A DNA stretch of 64,000 nucleotides from Acidobacteriota bacterium (GTDB lineage: Bacteria > Acidobacteriota > UBA6911 > RPQK01 > JADFOI01): positions 1,376,001 to 1,440,000 of the forward strand of contig OY760074.1 in assembly GCA_963663035.1 (NCBI GenBank), read 5' to 3'. Below the pieces are notes generated by a model. It saw nothing but the letters and a program-made list of their open reading frames with translations, made no database searches and was not told the DNA's origin. Shown here piece by piece: positions 49,859 through 59,915 of this stretch (the stretch's first letter is position 1; every line of letters starts with the position of its first letter). A program made the position numbers and the translations under genes.

Positions 49859-51956
49859 AAAATTCTTGGCGAACAGAGATGCCTCTACCTTGCGAATCAC
49901 CCTTTGGCTGCTGTGTACCGGACTGACTGCACCTGCAGTGATGGCCCTTCCATCAGCCGAGGATTTCTTGCTGGATCAACCCACTTTGACTCTCCTTCAG
50001 GAGGAACTGTCGGGTGAGTTGGCCAAGGAGCATGTAGTCACCCTCGCAGCTTATAACCGAATTCAGGGCTCGCCCGGCTATTCCGAAGCTGCCCGCTATA
50101 TTCTCCAACAGCTTCAAAGCTTTGGCCTCAGAGCCTGGATCGAAAGCTTTCCAGCAGAGGGCAGAATCAGCTATCAAACCTGGCAGTCTCCTCCCGGATG
50201 GAGCATAGAATCCGCTGTACTGCGGATAGTAGAACCCGAAGATGAGTTGATTGTGAGTTACCCCGAGAGTGCCATGAGTGTTATGACCTATTCGAATCCT
50301 GGTCATGTGCGAGGCGAATTGGTGTATGTGGGAAAGGGAACCTCTGATCAGGATTATCAGGGAGTAGATGTCAGGGGCAAGCTTGTATTGGCCACAGGAC
50401 TCGATGGGACAGTGCACCGTTTGGCGGTTCTAAAATATGGTGCCGCAGCCGTAGTGTCCTATCTGGATGACGAACTGGCGACAGAGCATCCCGACATGCT
50501 TCGCTATAGGGAGTGGCGACCTAGCCCTGATGAACTGGTGCGCCTGACTTTTGGATTCAATCTGACGTCGCGGCAAGGTCAAAGGCTCAGAGATCTGCTG
50601 AATAGTGGAAGCTGTGTGGTGTTGGACGCCAAAGTGGAGGGTCGCGGAATCGAGTTTGGAAGCTTAGATGTTGTGGTGGCAGTCCTTATCGGAACCGAAA
50701 GACCCAAGCAGGAATTGCTTTACACAGCTCATTTGGACCTTCCTAAGGAGTCAGCCAATGACAATGCCAGCGGTAGCGCAGCCATCCTCGACATCGCCCG
50801 GAGCTTCCAGGCTTTAATCAGTGCGGGAAAACTAACGCCTCCCAAGCGCACCCTGCGCTTCCTTTGGGTTCCCGCGTTCTATGGGACGATGGCCTACATA
50901 GACGCCCATCCAGAAATACAGGGGCCTGAGTTGGGTGGAAACTTTCTGGGCAACCTCAACCTCGACGTGGTGGGAAGCAATCTTGAATTGCTCCACAGCC
51001 GCATGAACGTCACCTGGACTCCCCAGTCGATGTCCAGCGCCCTCACTGATGTGGTTGCCATAATGGTCGAATACGTTGACACCTTGGGAGGGGAGATCTC
51101 AACGACTCACAGTAACTTCAATTACCGGATCATTCCCTTCAAGGGAGGCAGTGACCATCTCATCTTTAACGACGGAATGATTCGAGTTCCCGCTATGAGG
51201 TTGGGACATTCGCCGGATTACACCCAGCATACCAGTGAAGACACAACTGACAAGGTTGATCCTATCGAACTGGAGCGGGCCGAACTGATTGCGGCCAGCG
51301 CCTTCTGGTATCTGGCAAACCTTTCCGAAGAGCAGAGCTTGAGTTTAACAAACCTTGTAGCGGCGAAAGCCCAGGAGCGACTGGCTTCAGATACACAGCG
51401 GGCTTCGGGCTGGCTGCTGGAGGCTCCAGCTGATCGCCTTGAAGAGATGTACAACGAAGGGCGGCGGGTCATTATGTTCGCCTTGGAGAGAGAACAGCAG
51501 GCCCTCAATAGCATTCTCTCTTTTTCCCCCTTTGGCACTACCCGGCAGTACGTCCAGATCTGGAATCAGACTCTGGACAGTCAATCTCAGGTGATTATTC
51601 GGACACTTCAGGCACTGGTCCGGCAACGGGGAGGAAAGCTTTCGTTCTCTCAAGAGCGCACTTTTGAGGAAAGGGAGGCAGCTTCTTGGATTCCCTCTCG
51701 ACTGACGCGAGGCCCGCTGGCACCCGACCTTCCCAAAGCGCGTCTCTCGGACCTAGAGCAGAGTTGGTATGAAACTTCAGAGGCCCAGTCCCTTGATCAG
51801 TATCTGTTGGTCAACTTCATCGATGGGGAGCGGACGATACTGGACATCCGCAATGCTCTGGCGGGAGTCTCTCATCCCGTCTCAGTTATAGCCGTTCATC
51901 ACTTTATTCAGGATCTGGCCAAGACCCAGCTGATCGAACTTCGCCGAGTCAACTAG
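49854..51956 (+). CDS. M28-family peptidase with PA domain (DUF4910-like); start uncertain
   Basis: TAHLD, ANDNASG, NLNLDVVG, GGSDH, HTSEDT.DKVD. Confidence 0.85.
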   Translation: MPKFLANRDASTLRITLWLLCTGLTAPAVMALPSAEDFLLDQPTLTLLQEELSGELAKEHVVTLAAYNRIQGSPGYSEAARYILQQLQSFGLRAWIESFPAEGRISYQTWQSPPGWSIESAVLRIVEPEDELIVSYPESAMSVMTYSNPGHVRGELVYVGKGTSDQDYQGVDVRGKLVLATGLDGTVHRLAVLKYGAAAVVSYLDDELATEHPDMLRYREWRPSPDELVRLTFGFNLTSRQGQRLRDLLNSGSCVVLDAKVEGRGIEFGSLDVVVAVLIGTERPKQELLYTAHLDLPKESANDNASGSAAILDIARSFQALISAGKLTPPKRTLRFLWVPAFYGTMAYIDAHPEIQGPELGGNFLGNLNLDVVGSNLELLHSRMNVTWTPQSMSSALTDVVAIMVEYVDTLGGEISTTHSNFNYRIIPFKGGSDHLIFNDGMIRVPAMRLGHSPDYTQHTSEDTTDKVDPIELERAELIAASAFWYLANLSEEQSLSLTNLVAAKAQERLASDTQRASGWLLEAPADRLEEMYNEGRRVIMFALEREQQALNSILSFSPFGTTRQYVQIWNQTLDSQSQVIIRTLQALVRQRGGKLSFSQERTFEEREAASWIPSRLTRGPLAPDLPKARLSDLEQSWYETSEAQSLDQYLLVNFIDGERTILDIRNALAGVSHPVSVIAVHHFIQDLAKTQLIELRRVN

Positions 51957-52012
51957 CCGGGACTATTCATAAACTGTCTGCTGCAGCGACGACAGCTTAT
52001 GAATAATCCGGG
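51957..52012. mobile_element. 56-bp IS1380-derived MITE flanked by CTAG
   Basis: CCGGGACTATTCATAA-24 nt-TTATGAATAATCCGGG; right end identical to the IS1380 end at 20978-20993. Confidence 0.8.
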
Positions 52013-52302
52013 CTAGAGAGAGCCACGCTCCCCAAGTTCGTCAAACTCGAAGACATAGGCTGAGCCCCGGCCACACAGGTCAGAATCGACGACTTCTCGG
52101 CCCTCAAGGATCAAGGTCGAGATCCTTTGAGCTTACCTAATCGTCCGATTTAATATAGCGATCATGAGGAGGGTTCATGCAAAAAAGCGAAGGAAACTCT
52201 CGAGTTCGCTTTCGGCGTCAGATTCTCATTATTTTTCTCTTGGGGCTCAGGAGAATCGTGCTTGAGAGTTAGATGTCTGGCCCGATATATAACTGATCTT
52301 AT

Positions 52303-54005
52303 TCACACCGTCATGGCGCCCTCAGAGGCTGAGGAGACGGCGCGGGCATATTTGGCCAGGACCCCGTTTTTGTAGCGGGGTGAGGAGACGGCGCGGGCAC
52401 CCCGTTTTTGTTGGGAGGCTTCCACTGCTTGAGCCTTTTCTTGATCTCGGCCTGGGACAATTCCACCTGCAGCAAGCGCTTGTCCACATCAAGGACGAGA
52501 GTGTCTTTGTTGCGTACGATGGCAATGGGTCCGCCATCCGCTGCTTCCGGCGCGATGTGACCCACCATAAACCCGTGGGTGGCTCCGGAGAAGCGGCCAT
52601 CGGTGATTAAAGCCACATGCTCTCCCAAACCGGCACCCTGAACAGCAGCGGTCACGGAGAGCATTTCCCGCATGCCGGGCCCTCCTTTGGGCCCCTCGTA
52701 GCGGATTACCAGGACATCGCCCGGCTTGACTTTGCCCGCCTTGATGGCCTTGAAGCAGTCCTCTTCACGCTCAAACACGCGAGCGGGACCGCGATGGAGT
52801 TTTCGTTCCTCTCCCGAGATTTTCATGACGCATCCCTCGGAAGCCAGGTTTCCGCGCAGGATCACCAGCCCTCCACTCTTCTTAAGGGGTCGGGTGATGG
52901 ATCGAATGACCTTTTGTCCCTTTTTGGCACGGCCCCGCTTGGCTTCTTCACCGATGGAGCGGCCGGTGACGGTCAGCTCATTGGAATGAAGCTTTCCGGC
53001 TTCCAGAAGATGTCGGGCCACCAGAGGCATTCCGCCTGCGCTGTACATGTCTGGAGCGGTGAAGCGACCGGCAGGTTTGAGGTCGGCCAGTACGGGTGTC
53101 TTCCGCGAGACCCGGTCAAAATCATCAAGGGAAAGTCGGACGCCCGCTTCCTTGGCCAGGGCTAGGAGATGCAGAACCGCGTTGGTTGAGCCAGCTGTGG
53201 CCATGACACCGGAAATGGCGTTTAGAAGGGCCCTGCGCGTGACGATTTGGGAGGGTTGAATTCCTTTGCGGAGCAGCTTCATCACCAGACGGCCACATTC
53301 AAAGGCCACCTGGTCTTTCTTGGGATCCATGGCGGGGACTCCATTGAAGCCCATGGGGGAGATTCCCAACATCTCCAGTGCGGTGGACATGGTATTAGCG
53401 GTAAATTGTCCTCCACAGGCTCCAGCTCCAGGACAGGCATAGCTTTCGATGCCATGAAGTTCCGTAAGGCTGATGTTACCGCTGTTGTAGGCTCCCACGG
53501 CTTCAAAGACATCCTGGACGGTCAAATCGCGTCCCTGGTACTGGCCGGGCATGATGGAGCCGCCATAGAGGATCAGCCCCGGAATATTCAAGCGCAGCAG
53601 GGCCATGGTTGAACCTGGAATGGTCTTGTCGCAGCCGGTAATGGCAACCAGACCGTCAAAAAGGTGTCCTCGGCACACGAGTTCGATGGAATCGGCAATG
53701 ACTTCCCGGCTCACCAGAGAGAACTTCATCCCTTCCGTTCCCATGGCAATGCCATCGGTCACCGTGATGGTATTGAACTCAATAGGAGTACCTCCGGCGG
53801 CGCGGATCCCTTCCTTGACCTTCTCGGCCAATCGGCGGTGATTGAAGTTGCAGGGAGCGACCTCAATCCAGCAGTGAGATACACCCACCAAAGGACGTTT
53901 CAGATCCTCGTCGCTAAATCCGATCGCTTTGAAATAGGAACGGGCTGGTGCCCGATCGGGACCGTCCAAAAGAGTGCGACTGTTGTGACGTACATCAAAG
54001 GCCAT
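52303..54005 (-). CDS. ilvD: Dihydroxy-acid dehydratase; C-terminus frameshifted by a 29-bp insertion
   Basis: [55 protein letters not shown]; native tail [17 protein letters not shown] is out of frame. Confidence 0.92.
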
Positions 54006-54563
54006 ATTCTTTTTTTCCTGTAAGTTGCTTTGCCAGTGGATGCTGATTATACCCCGGGTTGAACCAATGACTATTTTCAGGCTGACGAGCGCTGGTGGCT
54101 TTACACCTACTTAGAGGGCAGCGGCAGCCGTTACATCCGTGATTTCCACTTTGACGAAAGCGTAGACGTCTATCGTAGTGAGGTCGCTGAGCCAATCAGG
54201 GATTTCTCCACCCAAACGGTCATAGGAGTTATAAAGGTGATCGTCGACAGTCATGATATTTTCGGGATAATGGAAATTGAGGTCGGCCAGAATGGTAAGG
54301 CCGTCCTGATGCATTCTGACGGTGCGGTGATCTTCAGTCCCGTCAGCGTAGCGATAGTAGTGATCCTCTCGTTGACTTTTTCATGGCTATTATCGAAACC
54401 CGTCATTGAACCCGACCTGCACCTGGAAAGTCTGTAGCTTCCACCCGACATATTTCAGAGGTGGTTACCCGAATCAACACATTCTTGACAGGGTTCGCTA
54501 TTAGACCAAGGTGGAACGGGTCTCGGCGAAGCGTTCCAGGTAGTGAACACACTTGGTTCGACC

Positions 54564-55949
54564 TCAATTCGTGTTAGATGATGGGTGGCCTGACGTTCCC
54601 TTATGCTGAACGTGCCACAAGATGAGCCATCCGATGAAACCTGAAAACAGCGAGGCCATCAGAATGCCTAGCTTCGCTGGTTCCATGAAAGCCGTATCGG
54701 AAAAGGAAAGCTGTGCAATGAAAAGCGACATTGTAAAACCGATGCCAGCGAGGCATGCCACGCCAAGAATATGACGCCAGGTCACTCCGCTTGGCAAAGT
54801 GGCGATTCCAGCAGAGACGGACAACCAACAAAACAGCACAATGCCGATAGGTTTGCCTAACACCAATCCCAACACTACCCCAAGGGTGACGGGGCTCAGC
54901 ATAAGCTCTCCCGAATTGCCAGAAAGCGAAACACCCGCATTGGCCAAGGCAAACATCGGCACAATTGAGAAAACGACCCAAGGGTGAAGAGCGTGTTCAA
55001 CGCGTTGAAGCGGCGTTGCCACATTGCGGCTGACGCGGCGAATTGAAAAAACAGCTCCAATTAGCTTCGCATTGGCTGTCCGATCGTCACCCTCTGCCAC
55101 CCCCTGCTCAAACATATCGAGAGACTGGCGACCAATCTTCAGAAATTGCTCACCTTTCATTTTCGAGCGTGCAGGTATCGTCATTGCAAGTAATACGCCA
55201 GCAATGGTGGCATGAACACCGGAGCTGAATACCAAGAACCACAAGACACCTCCAATGAGTAGATAGGGAGGCACACTGCGGGAACCGAGCCAATTCATCA
55301 GGACAAGCAGCGCCAGGATTCCACAGGCTGCGAGGAGATAGCCAGGTCGTAGCTGCTCAGTGTAGAACATCGCGATCACCAGCAGAGCACCGATATCGTC
55401 CACAATCGCCAGCGATGCCAGGAATACCTTCAGGGACACTGGAGTCTTGCCGCCCAGCAACATCAGGACCCCTAAAGCGAACGCAATATCCGTGGCCATC
55501 GGAATCCCCCAACCTCGAAGTGTCGGTTGGCCAGCGTTGATGGCAGCAAAGATTGCAGCGGGAACAAGCATCCCTCCAATGGCCGCGGCGATAGGGAGGG
55601 CGGCTTTTTTCACTGAGGCAAGCTCCCCGACCAGGATTTCGCGCTTAATCTCCAAACCGACCAGCAAAAAGAAGACCGCCATAACAAGGTCGTTAATCCA
55701 ATGAAGGATGGACATCGAAAGAGAATAATCACCGAGTTGCAAAGAGAGATACGTTTTTTCCCAGAGGTTTGCATAGGTGTGGGACCAGGGTGAATTGGCC
55801 CAGATTAGGGCAGCAGCTGCAGAGACGATAATAAGGATTCCACCAGCTGCTTCAAGCCGGGCAAAAGTACGAAAGGGACGTAGAATCAGGTCCGCTCGGT
55901 CTGCAGATGAACCGGGCTGGCCTTCGCTGAGATGCGGGGATTCAAACAT
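54564..55949 (-). CDS. nhaA: Na+/H+ antiporter NhaA
   Basis: WINDLVMAVFF..VGLEIKRE, GWGIPMATDIAF, LAIVDD, GIGFTMSLFI. Confidence 0.96.
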   Translation of the reverse strand: MFESPHLSEGQPGSSADRADLILRPFRTFARLEAAGGILIIVSAAAALIWANSPWSHTYANLWEKTYLSLQLGDYSLSMSILHWINDLVMAVFFLLVGLEIKREILVGELASVKKAALPIAAAIGGMLVPAAIFAAINAGQPTLRGWGIPMATDIAFALGVLMLLGGKTPVSLKVFLASLAIVDDIGALLVIAMFYTEQLRPGYLLAACGILALLVLMNWLGSRSVPPYLLIGGVLWFLVFSSGVHATIAGVLLAMTIPARSKMKGEQFLKIGRQSLDMFEQGVAEGDDRTANAKLIGAVFSIRRVSRNVATPLQRVEHALHPWVVFSIVPMFALANAGVSLSGNSGELMLSPVTLGVVLGLVLGKPIGIVLFCWLSVSAGIATLPSGVTWRHILGVACLAGIGFTMSLFIAQLSFSDTAFMEPAKLGILMASLFSGFIGWLILWHVQHKGTSGHPSSNTN

Positions 55950-56179
55950 GCGGCAAGTTTAGTTCCCTCTCCGTGTGAGTGCTAGTGCCAAACTTCTATC
56001 TTCTTTCTATTCTCGGTTTGAGTAGTTGATGTGCAAAACTCCTGTGCTCCTCCTGAACGGGATGTCCAGATAGTCGAGCTGGCTATATTTTGCCTTTCAA
56101 CTCGCAGCAATCGCGTCATTAGACGCCGCAGGAAAGTGGCCAATTCGTTTAAGGTCCTGACTCTTCTTCGCTCCGGCCC

Positions 56180-57322
56180 TTAAGAGTAATCCTCTAACAG
56201 GCGGTAACGAAGCAGACAGCCGACACCGCCGAATTGCGACAACGCCTCGCTTTTATTTACCACCTCGACCATACAGCCTTGCCGTTCGGCAACCCGTACC
56301 ATCTCCTCCTTGAGATCGAAGTTCTTCAACTCAGCCGCTCCGCATTCAGAACATGTGGCGGGCCTTTCCCGTGCTGGACTGAAGAACTCGCAAACGGTGC
56401 ACGCCCAGACTAGACCAGGTGCGTAATTCTTGGCTAGCACGAGGCTATCCACCTGGCCCCGCCTTAAGGTCTGGTAGCTGGCTGTAGTCCCAGCCACCGC
56501 GAGTCCTCCGCTGCGGACCTGCTTCGAAAGGGTCTCCACAACCGCCTGTGATTCTTTTTCCTCCGCCTCAATAAAGGAGGCAATGGTGGCCTTGACCACG
56601 TCCGAATTCGGCGCTTTGCCGGACACGCGAACTATGTCGACGAGTTTCATCAGTAAGTGCTTAGGAAGCGCCTTCCGCACTTGGGTGGTGTTGGCGGGGT
56701 GACCGGCTAGGATTAGACGAGAGTATCCGCCTGCTGACATCAGTTGCTCCAGGATCTTGACCTTCTCCTTGATAAATTTCTGCCCGTGTTCCTTCCTATG
56801 CTTCTGATAGTGCTCTTTGGTCCATTCGCGGCCCACCCGATTGCGAGTCTGGGGGTTCTCTGTCCACAGTTTCTCAATCACCGCTCCTAGGTTGATCGCA
56901 AAGATGCGTACACCCTCCCTCGTGCTGATCAGCACAACGTAACGATCGTAGGTGTCCTTGAGTTCCACGAGATGATAGATGTTGGGTGTCGAATCGAGTG
57001 CAATCCAATTTGGCAATGGGACCCGGAATTGGAGCGGCAGGAAGAAGGGGTCTTCTCCGGCTCGGGAAAATATCGCAGCCCCAATCGCGTCAGGCAGCAA
57101 TTCTTCCGCCAAGTATTGGTCTACAGGATCCAGTGCATCCCTAAGATCTCGCCAGGCTTTCCCAGACCCACTCTCCTTTAAAGACCGAATCTGTTTTTCA
57201 AAGGCTATGCGATCGTCGATGCGACCTTTTTTAAGAGTCATGTAACAACTAACGACTGGGGCGTTTGTTTCCGGCAAGATGGCCAAGGTTCGAATGTGTT
57301 TTTGCAGGTTTTTCAATTCCAT
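56180..57322 (-). CDS. Bacterial archaeo-eukaryotic release-factor-like (baeRF/eRF1-like) protein with zinc ribbon
   Basis: Start MELKNLQKH; LILAG, GGLAVAG, CTVC...CSEC, GGVGCLLRY tail. Confidence 0.75.
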   Translation of the reverse strand: MELKNLQKHIRTLAILPETNAPVVSCYMTLKKGRIDDRIAFEKQIRSLKESGSGKAWRDLRDALDPVDQYLAEELLPDAIGAAIFSRAGEDPFFLPLQFRVPLPNWIALDSTPNIYHLVELKDTYDRYVVLISTREGVRIFAINLGAVIEKLWTENPQTRNRVGREWTKEHYQKHRKEHGQKFIKEKVKILEQLMSAGGYSRLILAGHPANTTQVRKALPKHLLMKLVDIVRVSGKAPNSDVVKATIASFIEAEEKESQAVVETLSKQVRSGGLAVAGTTASYQTLRRGQVDSLVLAKNYAPGLVWACTVCEFFSPARERPATCSECGAAELKNFDLKEEMVRVAERQGCMVEVVNKSEALSQFGGVGCLLRYRLLEDYS

Positions 57323-57639
57323 CGTTCTTCTCGCAACGGCCCGCCACTCTCCCTTGCCCGTCTGATCAAGGCGTCGGCTTGCATCCCGACATCCATGGCT
57401 TCCTGATAGCGTTTTTCGCTCAGCGCCTGCAGGGCCTGGGAAAGGCGACCCTCCATTTTCCGCAGCGTTCCTGAAGGAATCCCGGACTCCTCGAGTATGG
57501 TGATGCCCTGCTGCGCCACGCGGATGACCGTGATGGCGTGTCTTGCGGAGGGTGGGCGGGCAACGGCCAGGTACCCAAAACATGCCAGAAGGCAAACAAC
57601 ACAGAAAAGAAAAGATGGATAGCAGACACGGGTGGACAT
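57313..57639 (-). CDS. Small hypothetical membrane-anchored protein
   Basis: N-terminal TM then a helical domain; packed between terC and the baeRF gene. Confidence 0.55.
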   Translation of the reverse strand: MSTRVCYPSFLFCVVCLLACFGYLAVARPPSARHAITVIRVAQQGITILEESGIPSGTLRKMEGRLSQALQALSEKRYQEAMDVGMQADALIRRARESGGPLREERWN

Positions 57640-57645
57640 TTTGGC

Positions 57646-58575
57646 TCACCTTGGAACTGTTGTCTTTTGCCCTTTGAGGATCACCGAGGCCAGTATAGAG
57701 ACGGCCAGTATAGTCACCACCACCCCCAACGAGACGCCCACTGATATCGGGTAAACATCCATAAGGATCATCTTGATTCCCACAAAGCACAGGACCACGG
57801 ACACCCCGAGCTTGAGAAAACGGAACAGGCCGATTATTCCGGCCAGGAGAAAGTAAAGGGCTCGAAGTCCCAGGATGGCAAAGACGTTCGAGGTATACAC
57901 GATGAAGAGGTCCGTCGTGATGGCGAGGATGGCAGGAATCGAGTCGATAGCAAAAATGAGATCGGAAGCCTCCACAACCAGGAGTGCTGCAAAAAGCGGG
58001 GTGGCGTACCAAGCCTGGTCCTTCTTGACAAAAAAAGACTGGCCTTCAAAGCGATCCGTCACGGGCATGAACTTTATAAAGAGGCGCAGTACCGGGTTCT
58101 TGGCGGGTTCAATCTTCTGCTCTCCCGTCAGAGCCATCTTGGCTCCAATGACGATCAGAAACGCCCCGAACGGATAGACGACCCAGTGAAAGGCCTGGAT
58201 CAGAGCCACGCCAGCGAAAATCAACAGGAGTCGCATGACCAGTGCACCCAGGATGCCCCAGTGCAGGATCCGGGGCTGGTAAAGGGGCGGGATGTTGAAG
58301 TAACTGAATATCATTACGAAAACGAACATGTTGTCCACGGACAGGCTCTTCTCGATGATGTAGCCGGTCAAAAACTCCATGGCCCTTTGGGAGCCCATGG
58401 AGAAGTAAATGCCGCCGTTGAAAAGCAGGGCCAGAGAAATCCATAGCATGCTCCAAACCGCGGCTTCCCGGATGGAGACGACATGGGCGTGGCGGTGGAA
58501 GACGTAAAGGTCCAGAAAGAGAAGGCCGCCCACAACGATATTGAAAACGACCCAAAGCAGGATCTTGTCCTCCAT
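57646..58575 (-). CDS. terC: TerC/Alx family membrane protein
   Basis: EKSLSVDN.FVF, GILGALVMR, DLIFAIDSIPA, TSNVFAILGLRALYF. Confidence 0.92.
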   Translation of the reverse strand: MEDKILLWVVFNIVVGGLLFLDLYVFHRHAHVVSIREAAVWSMLWISLALLFNGGIYFSMGSQRAMEFLTGYIIEKSLSVDNMFVFVMIFSYFNIPPLYQPRILHWGILGALVMRLLLIFAGVALIQAFHWVVYPFGAFLIVIGAKMALTGEQKIEPAKNPVLRLFIKFMPVTDRFEGQSFFVKKDQAWYATPLFAALLVVEASDLIFAIDSIPAILAITTDLFIVYTSNVFAILGLRALYFLLAGIIGLFRFLKLGVSVVLCFVGIKMILMDVYPISVGVSLGVVVTILAVSILASVILKGQKTTVPR

Positions 58576-58651
58576 CACAACGTTCCCCTTTGTCTCTGGC
58601 TGATCATCGGCTTGCTCCCTCTCGTGCGAGTGTACAGCTAAATCAATAGCT

Positions 58652-58697
58652 TTTAAAAATAGAAAATATTGCACTTATTAATAGATAAAAACTAATA
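58652..58697 (-). promoter_or_regulatory. Putative NhaR operator, copy 4, and terC promoter
   Basis: TTTAAAAATAGAAAAT...ATAG in the same register; on the minus strand TTTAAA-17 bp-TACACT. Confidence 0.55.
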
Positions 58698-58957
58698 ATT
58701 TCCGCGACTTTTAGATCTGCTCCTGTTGTGTCCTGATTACTTGGAGGAAAAACTTCTTGACGTTGGTACTCACCCTTCAAAGGTGAGCCGCAAAGCAGTG
58801 ATTGTAATCTCGGATGGAATGCTCAACAGGTCTGCTGCAGCGGACCTGAACAGACCAGGTTGATTCTTAGGTTCGAGGGGAAGATTACTTCTGAAGGAGT
58901 TCTGGCCCCACTACCACTTTGCCTAGTGCCAAAGCGAAGAACCATTCCCATCATGAG

Positions 58958-59857
58958 TCAGTTGAAGATCTTGTCGTGGGCACTTTCAATAATCGCCGTC
59001 ACGGCCGGGTGTTTTAACTTTCGCTCCAGTGAGATCGCGTAATACTGTTCTCGCAGCGAGTCCAGCCTGCCAATCAGTGAAACACCATAGAACTTCTGAA
59101 TCTCTTTTTCAACAACCTTAGGTCCGGCGAACAAACCACCTCCTGTCGAAGCAAACACCTTAAGGAGCGCACTGTCCTCGAATTCCGCAACGACGAACGG
59201 ATGAATGCCCTGAGTGACGAACCAATGATCCAGTTGGCGTCGTATTGACGTGTTCTCAGTAGGTAAGTAGAAAGGAGCACCGTGGAGCGATTGAGGGAAC
59301 CCCCGGCGGTAACTAGAAGCTAAGTCGTTGGTGCCGAATATTGAGACGGAACACTCGCCGAGGTGATGATTGTAGGCGCGAAGCTTGGCTTCCGGACTCA
59401 TCGGTGAGTCAGACAAAACCAGATCCAGTTGGTGAACGGAAAGTTTTGCTAGGAGTGCTGTCGGTTTGCCCTCATAACATGTGAGATAGATCGACTCGGG
59501 AGAGCAAAGAGCCGGTTTGAGCAATCGGTGCACAATCACTTTGGGCAGGACGTCGGCTATACCGACTCTGAACCGTGTGCGTCTGCCCGAGGGGTGGCCT
59601 TCTAAGCTATCCATGAGCTCCTGACCGAGGGAAAAAATATCGTTTGCGTACCGGAACACCACGCGACCCGTTTCGGTCAGAGCCAGGTTGCGACCCACAT
59701 GCCTGAATAGCTTGTGGCCCAGGGATTCTTCGAGCTTCTTTAGCTGCGCGGAGATGGTCGGCTGAGCCAGCCGCAGCTTCTCGCAGGCGGCCGTGATCGT
59801 ACCTTCTCTTGCCACGGTCCAAAAATAGAGCAGGTGATGGTAATTTAGCCACTTCAT
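58958..59857 (-). CDS. nhaR: LysR-family activator NhaR
   Basis: LNYHHLLYFW.VAREG, VGIADVLPK, EFEDSALLKVF, ERKLKHPAV; near nhaA. Confidence 0.92.
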   Translation of the reverse strand: MKWLNYHHLLYFWTVAREGTITAACEKLRLAQPTISAQLKKLEESLGHKLFRHVGRNLALTETGRVVFRYANDIFSLGQELMDSLEGHPSGRRTRFRVGIADVLPKVIVHRLLKPALCSPESIYLTCYEGKPTALLAKLSVHQLDLVLSDSPMSPEAKLRAYNHHLGECSVSIFGTNDLASSYRRGFPQSLHGAPFYLPTENTSIRRQLDHWFVTQGIHPFVVAEFEDSALLKVFASTGGGLFAGPKVVEKEIQKFYGVSLIGRLDSLREQYYAISLERKLKHPAVTAIIESAHDKIFN

Positions 59858-59867
59858 GCCCCCCATG

Positions 59868-59915
59868 ATACATATAAAATACCTATAGATCTATCCTTAA
59901 TTTTCTATTTTTAAA
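59868..59915 (+). promoter_or_regulatory. Putative NhaR operator, copy 3 (divergent nhaR promoter)
   Basis: ATACATATAAAATACCTATAGATCTATCCTTAATTTTCTATTTTTAAA. Confidence 0.65.

Noticed and set aside
56180-58012. 610-aa ORF as listed in the track
   Set aside because: The first ~230 aa overlap terC and the small gene in another frame; the real start is 57322.
58576-58650. yybP-ykoY riboswitch before terC
   Set aside because: The leader is short and lacks a recognisable consensus; an NhaR-type operator sits there instead.
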